NCBI GenBank assembly: GCA_041662445.1
Contig: JBAZSL010000006.1
Coordinates: 3,801 to 67,800 of the forward strand
Reading direction: 5' to 3'
Length of the DNA stretch: 64,000 bases
Source: Candidatus Babeliales bacterium
GTDB taxonomy: Bacteria; Babelota; Babeliae; Babelales; RVW-14
In this document: one piece after another, positions 10,061 to 21,125 of the stretch
Layout of the letters: each line of letters opens with the position of its first letter
How positions within the stretch are numbered: position 1 is the stretch's first letter
Made by a program: the position numbers and the translations under genes
Notes under the pieces: model-generated
Seen by the model: only the letters and a program-made list of their open reading frames with translations
Told to the model about the DNA's origin: nothing
Database searches by the model: none

Positions 10061-10588
10061 ATGAAAACATACAATGTCTTTGCACTCTATCTTTGGCCCT
10101 TAGCGCTATCGTTTGGAGCCGCTATTTTTTTGAGTAGCTGCGGGCATCAGGAAACGGCGGGTGGCCTCATAGGAGCTGGAACTGGAGCAGCAATTGGTGC
10201 TTCTGTTACTGGCCATAATGATCAAGGGACCGGTGCAGTTATTGGTGCCCTTGCGGGCGGTCTTCTGGGCGGGGCTATCGGTCGTGATGGCGACGAAGAA
10301 GAGAACCGCGAAGAGCGGGAATATCAGGATCGCATCCAAGCGCGTCGCAACGCCGAACATCAGCAAGAGATTGCCCGCATGAGAGCTGAAAATGAACGTC
10401 TCAAACAGCGTTGGTGCGCTCGTTGCAACCGCAAAGTTACGCTGACAGGAGCTAATAGCTGTCCTACTTGCGGCGGTGAGCTTATACATGAACGCTATTG
10501 TCGTGAGTGCGCAACTGTTTTTAGCCCAACAACAGGTTTTCATTACTGCCCTTATTGTAGGCAGGGGCAGGCGCTTGCGGCTCGTTAG
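10061..10588 (+). CDS. lipoprotein with glycine-zipper, coiled-coil and double zinc-ribbon regions
   Basis: Lipobox FLSSC; GLIGAGTGAAIGA...GAVIGALAGGLLGGAIG glycine zipper; charged coiled coil; CARC..CPTC and CREC..CPYC. AAGGA RBS 6 nt upstream of the ATG at 10061. Confidence 0.6.
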   Translation: MKTYNVFALYLWPLALSFGAAIFLSSCGHQETAGGLIGAGTGAAIGASVTGHNDQGTGAVIGALAGGLLGGAIGRDGDEEENREEREYQDRIQARRNAEHQQEIARMRAENERLKQRWCARCNRKVTLTGANSCPTCGGELIHERYCRECATVFSPTTGFHYCPYCRQGQALAAR

Positions 10589-10610
10589 AATTTTCGTTAT
10601 ATAACGCAAA

Positions 10611-10648
10611 ATAAGGCTCGGCTATAAAAAACCGGGCCTTATTTTTTT
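10611..10648 (+). terminator. rho-independent terminator
   Basis: ataaggc(t)cgg / ccgggccttat stem followed by a T7 run. Confidence 0.55.
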
Positions 10649-10732
10649 AAAACCCTTCTCTTTTGTATTAAATTTCTATTAGAATAAAAACGTATACATG
10701 AAATTGTAGGTTCGTATTATAAAGGGGGGAGC

Positions 10733-10987
10733 ATGAAAATAATTGCGTACTTCTTAGGGATTACCGCTCTGGGAACTCTTCTTCTATGTGCCGGATGCAC
10801 AAAAGAAGAAAAGACTGTCGGAGGCGTGGTCATTGGTGCCGGTTCTGGCGCATTGATTGGTGGTCTTGCTGGCGGTCCTGGTGGCGCTGTTGCGGGTGGC
10901 GTTGTTGGTGGTGCGGCTGGTGGTGTTATCGGGCACGAAATGGGTGACGATAAAGGGCATCATAAACATCATCACGGCGAAAAATAA
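10733..10987 (+). CDS. small glycine-zipper lipoprotein with His-rich tail
   Basis: Lipobox LLCAGC; GGVVIGAGSGALIGGLAGGPGGAVAGGVVGGAAGGVIG; tail KGHHKHHHGEK; GGGGGAG RBS. Confidence 0.6.
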   Translation: MKIIAYFLGITALGTLLLCAGCTKEEKTVGGVVIGAGSGALIGGLAGGPGGAVAGGVVGGAAGGVIGHEMGDDKGHHKHHHGEK

Positions 10988-11011
10988 CCCTGTTATTATC
11001 GCGTAAGTTAG

Positions 11012-11054
11012 GCTTAATGCAACACACGTTCGTGTGTTGCATTAAGCATTTTTA
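11012..11054 (+). terminator. rho-independent terminator
   Basis: Perfect 17-bp stem gcttaatgcaacacacg / cgtgtgttgcattaagc followed by attttta. Confidence 0.7.
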
Positions 11055-11096
11055 CTCCTATACTAAACGTGTTGTGTTTTTTCAGGGGAATATGCA

Positions 11097-11837
11097 GTGA
11101 AATCGCTACTCGTAATCGAAAATCTTCATACAACCATTGACCATAAAAACATTCTCAATGGTATTAATTTGATTATCAATGAAGGCTCGACGCATGTCCT
11201 TATGGGGCCAAATGGTTCGGGCAAAAGTTCGCTTACACACGTTATTATGGGCCATCCACGGCATGTCATCACCCAAGGATCAATGATATTCCAGGATGTA
11301 CCTATCAACACGCTTTCTCCTGATAAACGTGCCAAGCTTGGTATTTTTCTTGCATTTCAACATCCAAGCGAAATTGAAGGTATTCGGTTAGGGGATTTTT
11401 TGCGTGAGGCCTATAATGGCATATACGATAAAACCCCGCATCAGCTTAGTCTTAAAGAATTTGCCGCTCATTTAAAAAGTAAACTCAATCTGCTTAAGAT
11501 GAGTGAATCATTTGTAGAGCGTTTTATTAACGTTGGATTTTCTGGCGGTGAGAAAAAATTAGCGGAAATGTTGCAACTTGCAGTTCTTCAACCCAAGCTT
11601 GCCATTCTTGATGAAATAGATTCAGGGCTTGATATCGATGCTCTTAAAACGGTGTGCGATACGATAAATACACTCCGCACCACCTATCCAAAAATGTCGT
11701 TTCTTATTATTACCCATTATCCACGCATTCTTAAGCATCTTCAGCTTGATGCCGTTCATGTGCTACGCAAAGGTGTTATTGTTACCTCTGGCGGGCCTGA
11801 AATTGTTGAGCATCTTGAGCAAAAGGGCTACAAATAA
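11097..11837 (+). CDS. sufC: Fe-S cluster assembly ATPase SufC
   Basis: GTG start; Walker A GPNGSGKSS, ABC signature FSGGEKK, Walker B AILDEIDSGLD; overall SufC-like. Confidence 0.9.
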   Translation: MKSLLVIENLHTTIDHKNILNGINLIINEGSTHVLMGPNGSGKSSLTHVIMGHPRHVITQGSMIFQDVPINTLSPDKRAKLGIFLAFQHPSEIEGIRLGDFLREAYNGIYDKTPHQLSLKEFAAHLKSKLNLLKMSESFVERFINVGFSGGEKKLAEMLQLAVLQPKLAILDEIDSGLDIDALKTVCDTINTLRTTYPKMSFLIITHYPRILKHLQLDAVHVLRKGVIVTSGGPEIVEHLEQKGYK

Positions 11838-11844
11838 CGATCAT

Positions 11845-13758
11845 TTATCCAATAGGGGGATGATGAGCAAAAGGTGCCTGTAGGATGTTCGGGTGTTCTT
11901 TTGCATGAGCAAGTTGAAAAGCGATAAATTGAATGAGCCCTGTCATAGCAAGTGGGGCCAATAACGTCGTTACACTAGGAATAACGAATGAGTAATCGGC
12001 CAATGCAAGGAGCTCATGTTGATGGTCAAACGCTACAACGATAAGATGTCCGCCGTGTTTTTTGACGGTAGCAGCTATGGTAAGAAGGCGTCGGTATGTT
12101 ACCTCATCAAGGACAGAGAAAAGCACTACAGGAACTTGTTGTGTAACCAGTGCATGCGACTCATGTTCTATTTCCCCAGCAGAAAGCCCGAATGCAAATA
12201 TTTTTGCAATCTCTCTAAACTTAAGTGCTGCCTCAAGTGCCAATGGATAGCTCAGCTGTTTGCCAAGAAAAATAAACTGCTCATGTGTGCAGTAGCGCGG
12301 GATAAACTCTTGTATAATTCTAAGTTTGTTTGAATCAATAACTGCTTCAAGAATCTCAGCTGCGATAAAAAGAGCTTCTTCTGCATGATGTATCTGTTCA
12401 AGACTCTCTTTGCCGCGATCAAAGGCTATGCGGTGAGCAAGCCAGTATAGTGTTGCTACTTGAGTGGAAAAAGCCTTGGTTGATATATGTGCAATTTCTG
12501 GACCTGCTTGCATAGGTAAAAAGCCACTTGCTTCGCGCACCATAGTGCTTGATGCAACATTAGTAAGTGCCACCGTGTGATGGTCAAATGAATTTGCCAG
12601 TCTGAGTGCCGCAAGCGTATCTTGTGTTTCTCCTGACTCTGAGATAATGAAATAAAGACTATTCCGTTCAGGGAAAAGCGGCATTGAACAAAATTCCGAG
12701 GCAATATGGGCTTGGGTTGGAATATTAACAATCTCTCTGAAAAAAAATGACGCAATATGTGCTGCGTGCCACGATGATCCCGCCCCAATAAGATTGATTG
12801 ATGTTATTTCTTGAATCTTTTCATTAGTTAGCCCCATGTGCCGCCACAATGATTCATTGTATTCAGAAGGATGATAGCCACGATGAAGCATGAATGTTTC
12901 GCTCAGTTCATTATCCATGCAAGGACCAACCGATTTGCAAAAAGCTATGGTACGGTTGATAGCACGCTTTTGTTCAAAAATTTCTTTGGGAAGGTGATGA
13001 TCCTGCCAAGCCAGCTTGAAGGCCGATTTATCGGCATCGAACTCCTGAATGTAGTAGGGAATAGATTTGCCCTCGAAGTTGTACAAATCAATGCTGTCTT
13101 TATAGATACAGGCGTACGCATTGTCAGGGAGAAAAATGATGCGGTTAATGGTTGGTGGGAGAGCTTCTAGATCGGATACAACAAACATTTCGCCCTCGCC
13201 GATACCAATACTTAATGGTGAATGTCGACGAAGGACCATGATCTTTTCTGGATCGGCTTCACTCAAAAAAACAAGCGCATATGCACCGTTGATCTGTTTG
13301 GCAAGATCGGCAAGCGCGCGTTTCTCATCTCCATAGCGGCCAAGAAGTGAACTGAAAAGGTGAACAACAGCCTCTGCATCAGTTGCTGTCGTAAACTCAT
13401 GATCTTGATCGATCAATCTTTGACGTAACTCTTGGCCTCCTTCAATAGTGCCATTGAGTATTCCGGCAAGCGTTTTGGCGCAATTGAAATGGGGTTGGGC
13501 GTAATGAGGGTCAGCGATACCATGAGCAGTCCACCTCAAGTGGGCCATTCCGACGGTTCCATCAAAAGGTATCGAATGAGCAAGCCGCCGAACAGGGGAT
13601 ATGCCGCCAGCTTCCTTGTGGAAAGAAAAATGTGGGTATCTACTATCGATACAAACAAATCCTGCAGAATCGTACTCATAGCGTTCAAGTCGCGTTAGAC
13701 CATCAAGAACAAGCTGCCGACAGGATCTGTTGCCAATATAGGCTACAATTCCGCACAT
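11845..13758 (-). CDS. glmS: glutamine--fructose-6-phosphate aminotransferase (divergent C-terminus)
   Basis: N-terminal MCGIVAYIG (Ntn Cys), two SIS domains with SESGETQDTL; C-terminal tail does not resemble the canonical ...LAKSVTVE. Confidence 0.85.
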   Translation of the reverse strand: MCGIVAYIGNRSCRQLVLDGLTRLERYEYDSAGFVCIDSRYPHFSFHKEAGGISPVRRLAHSIPFDGTVGMAHLRWTAHGIADPHYAQPHFNCAKTLAGILNGTIEGGQELRQRLIDQDHEFTTATDAEAVVHLFSSLLGRYGDEKRALADLAKQINGAYALVFLSEADPEKIMVLRRHSPLSIGIGEGEMFVVSDLEALPPTINRIIFLPDNAYACIYKDSIDLYNFEGKSIPYYIQEFDADKSAFKLAWQDHHLPKEIFEQKRAINRTIAFCKSVGPCMDNELSETFMLHRGYHPSEYNESLWRHMGLTNEKIQEITSINLIGAGSSWHAAHIASFFFREIVNIPTQAHIASEFCSMPLFPERNSLYFIISESGETQDTLAALRLANSFDHHTVALTNVASSTMVREASGFLPMQAGPEIAHISTKAFSTQVATLYWLAHRIAFDRGKESLEQIHHAEEALFIAAEILEAVIDSNKLRIIQEFIPRYCTHEQFIFLGKQLSYPLALEAALKFREIAKIFAFGLSAGEIEHESHALVTQQVPVVLFSVLDEVTYRRLLTIAATVKKHGGHLIVVAFDHQHELLALADYSFVIPSVTTLLAPLAMTGLIQFIAFQLAHAKEHPNILQAPFAHHPPIG

Positions 13759-13819
13759 CTAAACTCTCTCCAACGCCACAGCTGTGGAGAACTGGACGCA
13801 CGAAGGAAGGTGAAAAAGA

Positions 13820-14224
13820 TTAACGTTTGACAAACTGAAAGCGTCTGCGAGCGGCTTTTTGACCATATTTTTTACGTTCTTTGATGCGAGCATCAACAGT
13901 GAGGAGGCCGTGTTGACGAAGTACGCTTTTTAAGGTTTGGTTTGAGGCGAGAAGAGCGCGTGAAATACCAAGTTTAACGGCATCGGCCTGACCACTCATG
14001 CCACCGCCGACAACAGCGATTTTGGCATCAAAGTTTTTTTCCATGCCGCAGATTTTGAAAGGGAATACAACAGCACTACGCGTAAGTCCGGTATCGAAAT
14101 ACGTTTTATAGTCTTTGCCATTGACGACGACTTTGCCGGTACCCGGTTTAAGCCATACGCGTGCAACAGAAGATTTACGGCGACCAACGCCATGTTTTGT
14201 AAGTGCTGTTCCTGCTTTATCCAT
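13820..14224 (-). CDS. rpsI: 30S ribosomal protein S9
   Basis: GGGMSGQADAVKLGISRAL and C-terminal KKYGQKAARRRFQFVKR. Confidence 0.95.
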   Translation of the reverse strand: MDKAGTALTKHGVGRRKSSVARVWLKPGTGKVVVNGKDYKTYFDTGLTRSAVVFPFKICGMEKNFDAKIAVVGGGMSGQADAVKLGISRALLASNQTLKSVLRQHGLLTVDARIKERKKYGQKAARRRFQFVKR

Positions 14225-14294
14225 AAATGTCTCAGCCTAACGCTTTAAACTGGTAAGGTGTATAGAAGATGAAAAAATACGATACACAGGGGGT

Positions 14295-14323
14295 ATTCTA
14301 CAAAATGAGTATGTGTTTGTCAA
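14295..14323 (-). promoter_or_regulatory. sigma70-type promoter for rpsI
   Basis: On the minus strand TTGACA - 17 nt - TAGAAT, about 70 nt upstream of the rpsI start. Confidence 0.55.
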
Positions 14324-14344
14324 AATACGTCGAGAATTTGCGAA

Positions 14345-14419
<75 letters not shown>

Positions 14420-14425
14420 CTGAGG

Positions 14426-14770
14426 CTACTGTTCGAAAGCTTCCTGACAGATGATGCATCGCGCGGCATAAGGGAAGCTCTCTAGACGTTTTTCCGAAAT
14501 AGGTTCTCCGCAGTCGACACAGATGCCATATTCCCCTCGTTCGATGCGGCCGAGGGCGTCTTCCATGAGGTGTAGTTCGTCAATTTCAGTGCGCTGGATT
14601 GAGCTTTGCAGATTCTGCATAGACAAGGATTGTACCTCATCTGCGGTGTCTTGTACAACTCCGTCAGTCACTTTTTCATGTGTCTGACGAGACAACTGAG
14701 TTTCAATATCATCTTTGCGCTTGAGGAGCGTTTTTTTAATCCGCTCAATAAGCTCTGCCCTCTGCTTCAC
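14426..14770 (-). CDS. dksA: DksA/TraR-family C4 zinc-finger protein
   Basis: Coiled-coil N-terminal half then CVDCGEPISEKRLESFPYAARCIICQ. Confidence 0.8.
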   Translation of the reverse strand: MKQRAELIERIKKTLLKRKDDIETQLSRQTHEKVTDGVVQDTADEVQSLSMQNLQSSIQRTEIDELHLMEDALGRIERGEYGICVDCGEPISEKRLESFPYAARCIICQEAFEQ

Positions 14771-15252
14771 GGTCTTCCTTTCTCTTTTTTTGCGCGAACC
14801 GTTTTAAAAAAAGCCCGCAAAAGAGTTACGCTTTCACCTGCTCCAACACCACCCGTTACGTCGAGGCCACGCGCATAAGCCGGGGATTTTGGACTTTCAC
14901 CTAGGCCGCTTCCAAACAGACGAGACCGTGTCCCAAAAACGATGCTTTCGATCCGTGAAAGCTGAATAAGCCCGATGCACATCAAACAAGGCTCAAGGGT
15001 AACATAGATACAACATCCATTCAATCGCCAATCTCCCAGTTTTTTACAGGCTTTTTGTATAGCCAATGCCTCGGCGTGGGCGGTTTGGCAATGAAGTGTT
15101 TCTACCTTATTATAGGCGCGTGCGATGACGGCTCCATGCTGATTTACAATAATGGCACCAACGGGAACCTCGCCTTTATTGAGTGCTCGCTGCGCCTGCT
15201 TGAGTGCCAAGCTCATGTAATGTGCTTTTTTATCATCCATGTTACAAATCAT
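14767..15252 (-). CDS. tadA: tRNA adenosine(34) deaminase
   Basis: CDA-fold motifs HAEALAI and PCLMCIG; 4-nt overlap with dksA. Confidence 0.85.
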   Translation of the reverse strand: MICNMDDKKAHYMSLALKQAQRALNKGEVPVGAIIVNQHGAVIARAYNKVETLHCQTAHAEALAIQKACKKLGDWRLNGCCIYVTLEPCLMCIGLIQLSRIESIVFGTRSRLFGSGLGESPKSPAYARGLDVTGGVGAGESVTLLRAFFKTVRAKKEKGRP

Positions 15253-15261
15253 CGCGTATTT

Positions 15262-15290
15262 TTGATGGATTCTGAGAGCTTTGTTATACT
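15262..15290 (+). promoter_or_regulatory. candidate sigma70 promoter for gyrB
   Basis: TTGATG - 17 nt - TATACT; a second gttatactac copy lies about 40 nt downstream. Confidence 0.4.
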
Positions 15291-15379
15291 ACTTTCATAA
15301 ATTTATCCCGTTACAGCGTTGGTTATACTACACTAAATCACTGTGCTAAATAAAGTTTTTAATGACTTACGGACTGTAA

Positions 15380-17860
<2,481 letters not shown>

Positions 17861-17876
17861 AACCTAGACGTATGCA

Positions 17877-17914
17877 AGAAGTAAGAGGCGGATTTTATTC
17901 CGCCTCTTACTTCT
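17877..17914. terminator. bidirectional hairpin terminator
   Basis: agaagtaagaggcgg / ccgcctcttacttct 15-bp stem between convergent gyrB and an ankyrin gene. Confidence 0.7.
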
Positions 17915-17947
17915 TTAGGCCGAATTTTTTAAAGCAAGCAATTTGTT

Positions 17948-18877
17948 TTACTCAATACCTGCAAGCTTTCTTTCAAGCAGGCTAATGATTTTAGCATTCT
18001 GTGCTTTGGCACTGGCCTTTATGGGATCTGTTTCTTTTTTCCCTGGTTGACTGATATCGCGTAAGCGAATTTCTTTAGTTCGTGCTATATCAAGCGCGGT
18101 GCTTTTACTCTTGTTGGGTAGTGAAAGATCGATTTTTTCGACTTCTAGAAGCGTGGTTACCGTTTCCAAACAATTACTATTAACGGCATACATAAGAGCA
18201 GTCCATCCTTTATTATCCTGCTTATTCACATCGGCAGCTGCGTTCAGTAGTTTTGATACTGTGCTATTCATGGTGATTGGATCTGGGTTTTGATATGCAC
18301 CTTTGCAGGCCAACATGAGTGCTGTTAGGCCTGAGCTCTCCTGATTGTTAATGGTTACATCTTCAGTGCTTGCCAGGAGAACTTGAACGATATCAGGATG
18401 TCCATACTCGCAGGCGAGCATTAGAGGGGTTGTTGCATCCTCGGCTCCTGCAAAGTAGGCTCCGATTTTACGTTTTGCCCCTCTGAAAAATTTACCAATG
18501 GTGCTTTTTTCAGCTCTTAATACTTTGGGGAGGAGTTGTTTGACTACATTGGTATAGCCAAATTGAGCAGCAGCGCATAGGGCTGCCATACGTTGCTCGG
18601 GCGAGGCATTGTCCAGGAGCACGTCAATAACATCGGTGTGACCGCGTGACGCTGCTGTTATAAAAGGGGTGTTGCCATCGTCGTCATTGGCGTTTGCGTT
18701 AGCTCCTAGAGATAAACACCATCTTACTTGTCCAGCATTACCGTAGGCGGCTGCTTGTAAAAGATCTTTATCGACATTAGTAAGGTTTTGTGGTGGAAAA
18801 AGTTTACGCATTGCGGAGACATTTTTATTGCAAAAAAATGCAAAACTAATCATGAATAGCATCTGTAGCGCGTTCAT
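17948..18877 (-). CDS. ankyrin-repeat protein with N-terminal leader
   Basis: Leader MNALQMLFMISFAFFCNKNVSA|M; repeats such as DDGNTPFITAASRGHTDVIDVLL and GLTALMLACKG. Confidence 0.85.
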   Translation of the reverse strand: MNALQMLFMISFAFFCNKNVSAMRKLFPPQNLTNVDKDLLQAAAYGNAGQVRWCLSLGANANANDDDGNTPFITAASRGHTDVIDVLLDNASPEQRMAALCAAAQFGYTNVVKQLLPKVLRAEKSTIGKFFRGAKRKIGAYFAGAEDATTPLMLACEYGHPDIVQVLLASTEDVTINNQESSGLTALMLACKGAYQNPDPITMNSTVSKLLNAAADVNKQDNKGWTALMYAVNSNCLETVTTLLEVEKIDLSLPNKSKSTALDIARTKEIRLRDISQPGKKETDPIKASAKAQNAKIISLLERKLAGIE

Positions 18878-19083
18878 ACATACTCCTTTAAAAAAACTGC
18901 CACCTTATTTAACACATGCAGCAAGCATACGTCCAGCACGCTGGCCCAAGTCAAGTATTGTCTTAAGCAAGTGCGTTGGCGCGGCGTACAGGCGCCCATC
19001 TGGCGCTGATTATTGACCTTTGCGGTGCGAGTGTGCGACATTAAAACCTGTGTATGGTTTTATACCTTTGGGGAGAGGGGTCC

Positions 19084-19566
19084 ATGAAAAAATACGGGTT
19101 CACGCTTATCGAGCTCATGATTGTTGTCGCCATCATTGTGTTTCTTGCAGTTCTTGCAGTACCTCAATTGTTTCACTACAAAGCCAAAGCATATCAGGCT
19201 GAAGTTGCTATGAATTTGGCATCATTACATACCGCTCAACAGATTTATTTTGCGCAACATGGTAAATATGCAACAGCACTTTCTGGTGAAGGAGGACTTG
19301 GTTGGAAGCCTGCAGGGTATCGTGGCAATGGTAAAGAGGAAGGCTTTTTTTATACCTACGGATTTAATGTTGATGGTGCCCAGGAGGGCGTGCATTATTT
19401 TACGGGCAAACTTAAAACGCCGAAAGAAGAGTTAGGAACAACGCCGGTAACTAATGAGGGTTTTGTTGCAGGTGCTGCCGGTGTTGCCATTGCTAGCAAG
19501 GGTGCCGATGTATGGCATATCGATGAAAATCGGCAGATGGAGCATATTAAAAACGGAGTTGACTAG
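19084..19566 (+). CDS. pilA: type IV pilin / pseudopilin
   Basis: Prepilin leader MKKYG|FTLIELMIVVAIIVFLAVLAVPQ (G-1, F+1, E+5); GGAGAGGGG RBS. The ORF track start at 19054 is probably too early. Confidence 0.85.
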   Translation: MKKYGFTLIELMIVVAIIVFLAVLAVPQLFHYKAKAYQAEVAMNLASLHTAQQIYFAQHGKYATALSGEGGLGWKPAGYRGNGKEEGFFYTYGFNVDGAQEGVHYFTGKLKTPKEELGTTPVTNEGFVAGAAGVAIASKGADVWHIDENRQMEHIKNGVD

Positions 19567-19578
19567 GGAGGGGAATAA

Positions 19579-20292
19579 ATGATCTCTCAAAATTCTGTTC
19601 TTACGTGGTGCGGTGCGTGTGTATGTGTATGGTTTTGTCCTCTTTCTGCTATGACGACACCGCTTCATGCTGCGGTATCTCAACGTGACTTTAAGGAGGT
19701 TATAAATCTAGTTAATCATGAAGCTGATGTTAATGCGTGTGATGCGGTGGGTAATACGCCTCTTCATACTGCCGCATGTTATGGGTGCGATGTTATTGCG
19801 CACGTGTTACTTGACGCCGGTGCCAATGTGAATGCACTTAATAATGATGGTGAACAACCATTGCACATAGCGGCATACTGGGGGCACCCAAAAGTCCTAG
19901 ATGTTTTGCTTGAAGAAGGAGCTTTTGTCGATGCATGCAGTGATAGCGGAAGCACTCCTTTGCATTATGCGGCGCTGCATGGTTGGGTCGATGTGGTAGG
20001 CAAGCTTCTTGATGCCGGCGCTAATTGTACCCTGCGCAATGGTGGTGGAAATACTCCTTTGCATTATGCGGTAATAAATGGAACCGTTAGTGTTGTGAGA
20101 TTATTTATCAATTTTTCTGGTGAGAAAAAATTGCTTGAACTTAGAAATAAATGCGGACAAACCGTCCTTGGGCTCGCATGTGAAGAGTTATTACGTCTTG
20201 AAAATGCTGGTGATGAACGGCGCTATCAGATTGTTGATTTACTTGAGAAGCATAGTAGAACATGGATTGTACAACAAAAGTCTGTGTTCTAG
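19579..20292 (+). CDS. ankyrin-repeat protein with N-terminal leader
   Basis: At least five canonical repeats (GNTPLHTAACYGCDVIAHVLLDAGANVNA etc.); GGGAGGGG RBS; 12-nt gap after the pilin gene. Confidence 0.9.
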   Translation: MISQNSVLTWCGACVCVWFCPLSAMTTPLHAAVSQRDFKEVINLVNHEADVNACDAVGNTPLHTAACYGCDVIAHVLLDAGANVNALNNDGEQPLHIAAYWGHPKVLDVLLEEGAFVDACSDSGSTPLHYAALHGWVDVVGKLLDAGANCTLRNGGGNTPLHYAVINGTVSVVRLFINFSGEKKLLELRNKCGQTVLGLACEELLRLENAGDERRYQIVDLLEKHSRTWIVQQKSVF

Positions 20293-21125
20293 ATATACAC
20301 ACCAACTAAAAACGCAGTTAAGTGTGCTCCCAACAGAAGATGTGCGATTGCTCCAAGAGCAAGAAATGGGCCAAACGGAATTCGCGTGGTGCGATCATGG
20401 CCACTCAAGGTAAGATAAAGTATCCCAACCACTAATCCTGTAAGCGAGCCAACGGCAAGACTTGTCCAAGCGCCAATGGGTCCCAAAAATGAACCAATCA
20501 TTGCCAGGAGTTCCATATCACCAACACCAAGCCCATCTTTGCCGGTGCATCGCTTAAAAACCCATGCGATGATCCACAAAATGCCATAACCAATGATGGT
20601 TCCTAGCAAGCTTTGCTTGAGTGAAATGGTGGTGAAGTGTAGATACGATGCGCCTAACCCTAATGGAACCAGCCATAGCGTAAATAGTTGCGGGATAAGA
20701 AGTGATTCAAGATCGGTACGTGTGGCAACCATGAGTGCGCTGATAAAAATAAAGTACGCTGCAAATGACTTTCCTGTATCGGCTAGCAGAGCATCTTTGA
20801 GAAATGTTACATCCGTATCCAAAAATCCATAGGGTGCGATAACGATTTTGTTGAACAACAACGTTACGATGCAGGCAGTAACAATTTCGGTAAAGGGATA
20901 AAGCCATGAAATCGTGGCTTTACAGAAACGGCATTTACCGCGCAGTATAAGCCACGAAATAATAGGGATATTGTCGTACCACGCAATTGTGCGCGTGCAT
21001 GAAGGGCAATGTGACCGCGGAATGAAAATATTGATGCGGTGGATACAACGATGTGCAACAACGTTTAAAAATGATCCCCAACAAAGCCCGCACAAAAATA
21101 CGATACATAAAAGGGTGAAATTCAT
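20289..21125 (-). CDS. pilD: prepilin peptidase / N-methyltransferase (A24 family)
   Basis: GSFLNVVAHR, CPSC...CRFC zinc motif, YDNIPIISWLILRGKC, and GVGDMELLAMIG with a second catalytic Asp region. Confidence 0.9.
   Translation of the reverse strand: MNFTLLCIVFLCGLCWGSFLNVVAHRCIHRINIFIPRSHCPSCTRTIAWYDNIPIISWLILRGKCRFCKATISWLYPFTEIVTACIVTLLFNKIVIAPYGFLDTDVTFLKDALLADTGKSFAAYFIFISALMVATRTDLESLLIPQLFTLWLVPLGLGASYLHFTTISLKQSLLGTIIGYGILWIIAWVFKRCTGKDGLGVGDMELLAMIGSFLGPIGAWTSLAVGSLTGLVVGILYLTLSGHDRTTRIPFGPFLALGAIAHLLLGAHLTAFLVGVYI

Noticed and set aside
10106-10609. 167-aa minus-strand ORF
   Set aside because: It is antisense to the glycine-zipper/zinc-ribbon lipoprotein gene, which has an RBS, a lipobox and a terminator.
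19001-19017. Possible sigma54 (-24/-12) promoter TGGCGC-N6-TTGA upstream of the pilin gene
   Set aside because: The -12 element lacks the conserved GC (TTGA rather than TTGC), and the spacing is off by one relative to TGGCAC-N5-TTGC. This is too weak to call without knowing whether rpoN is present.
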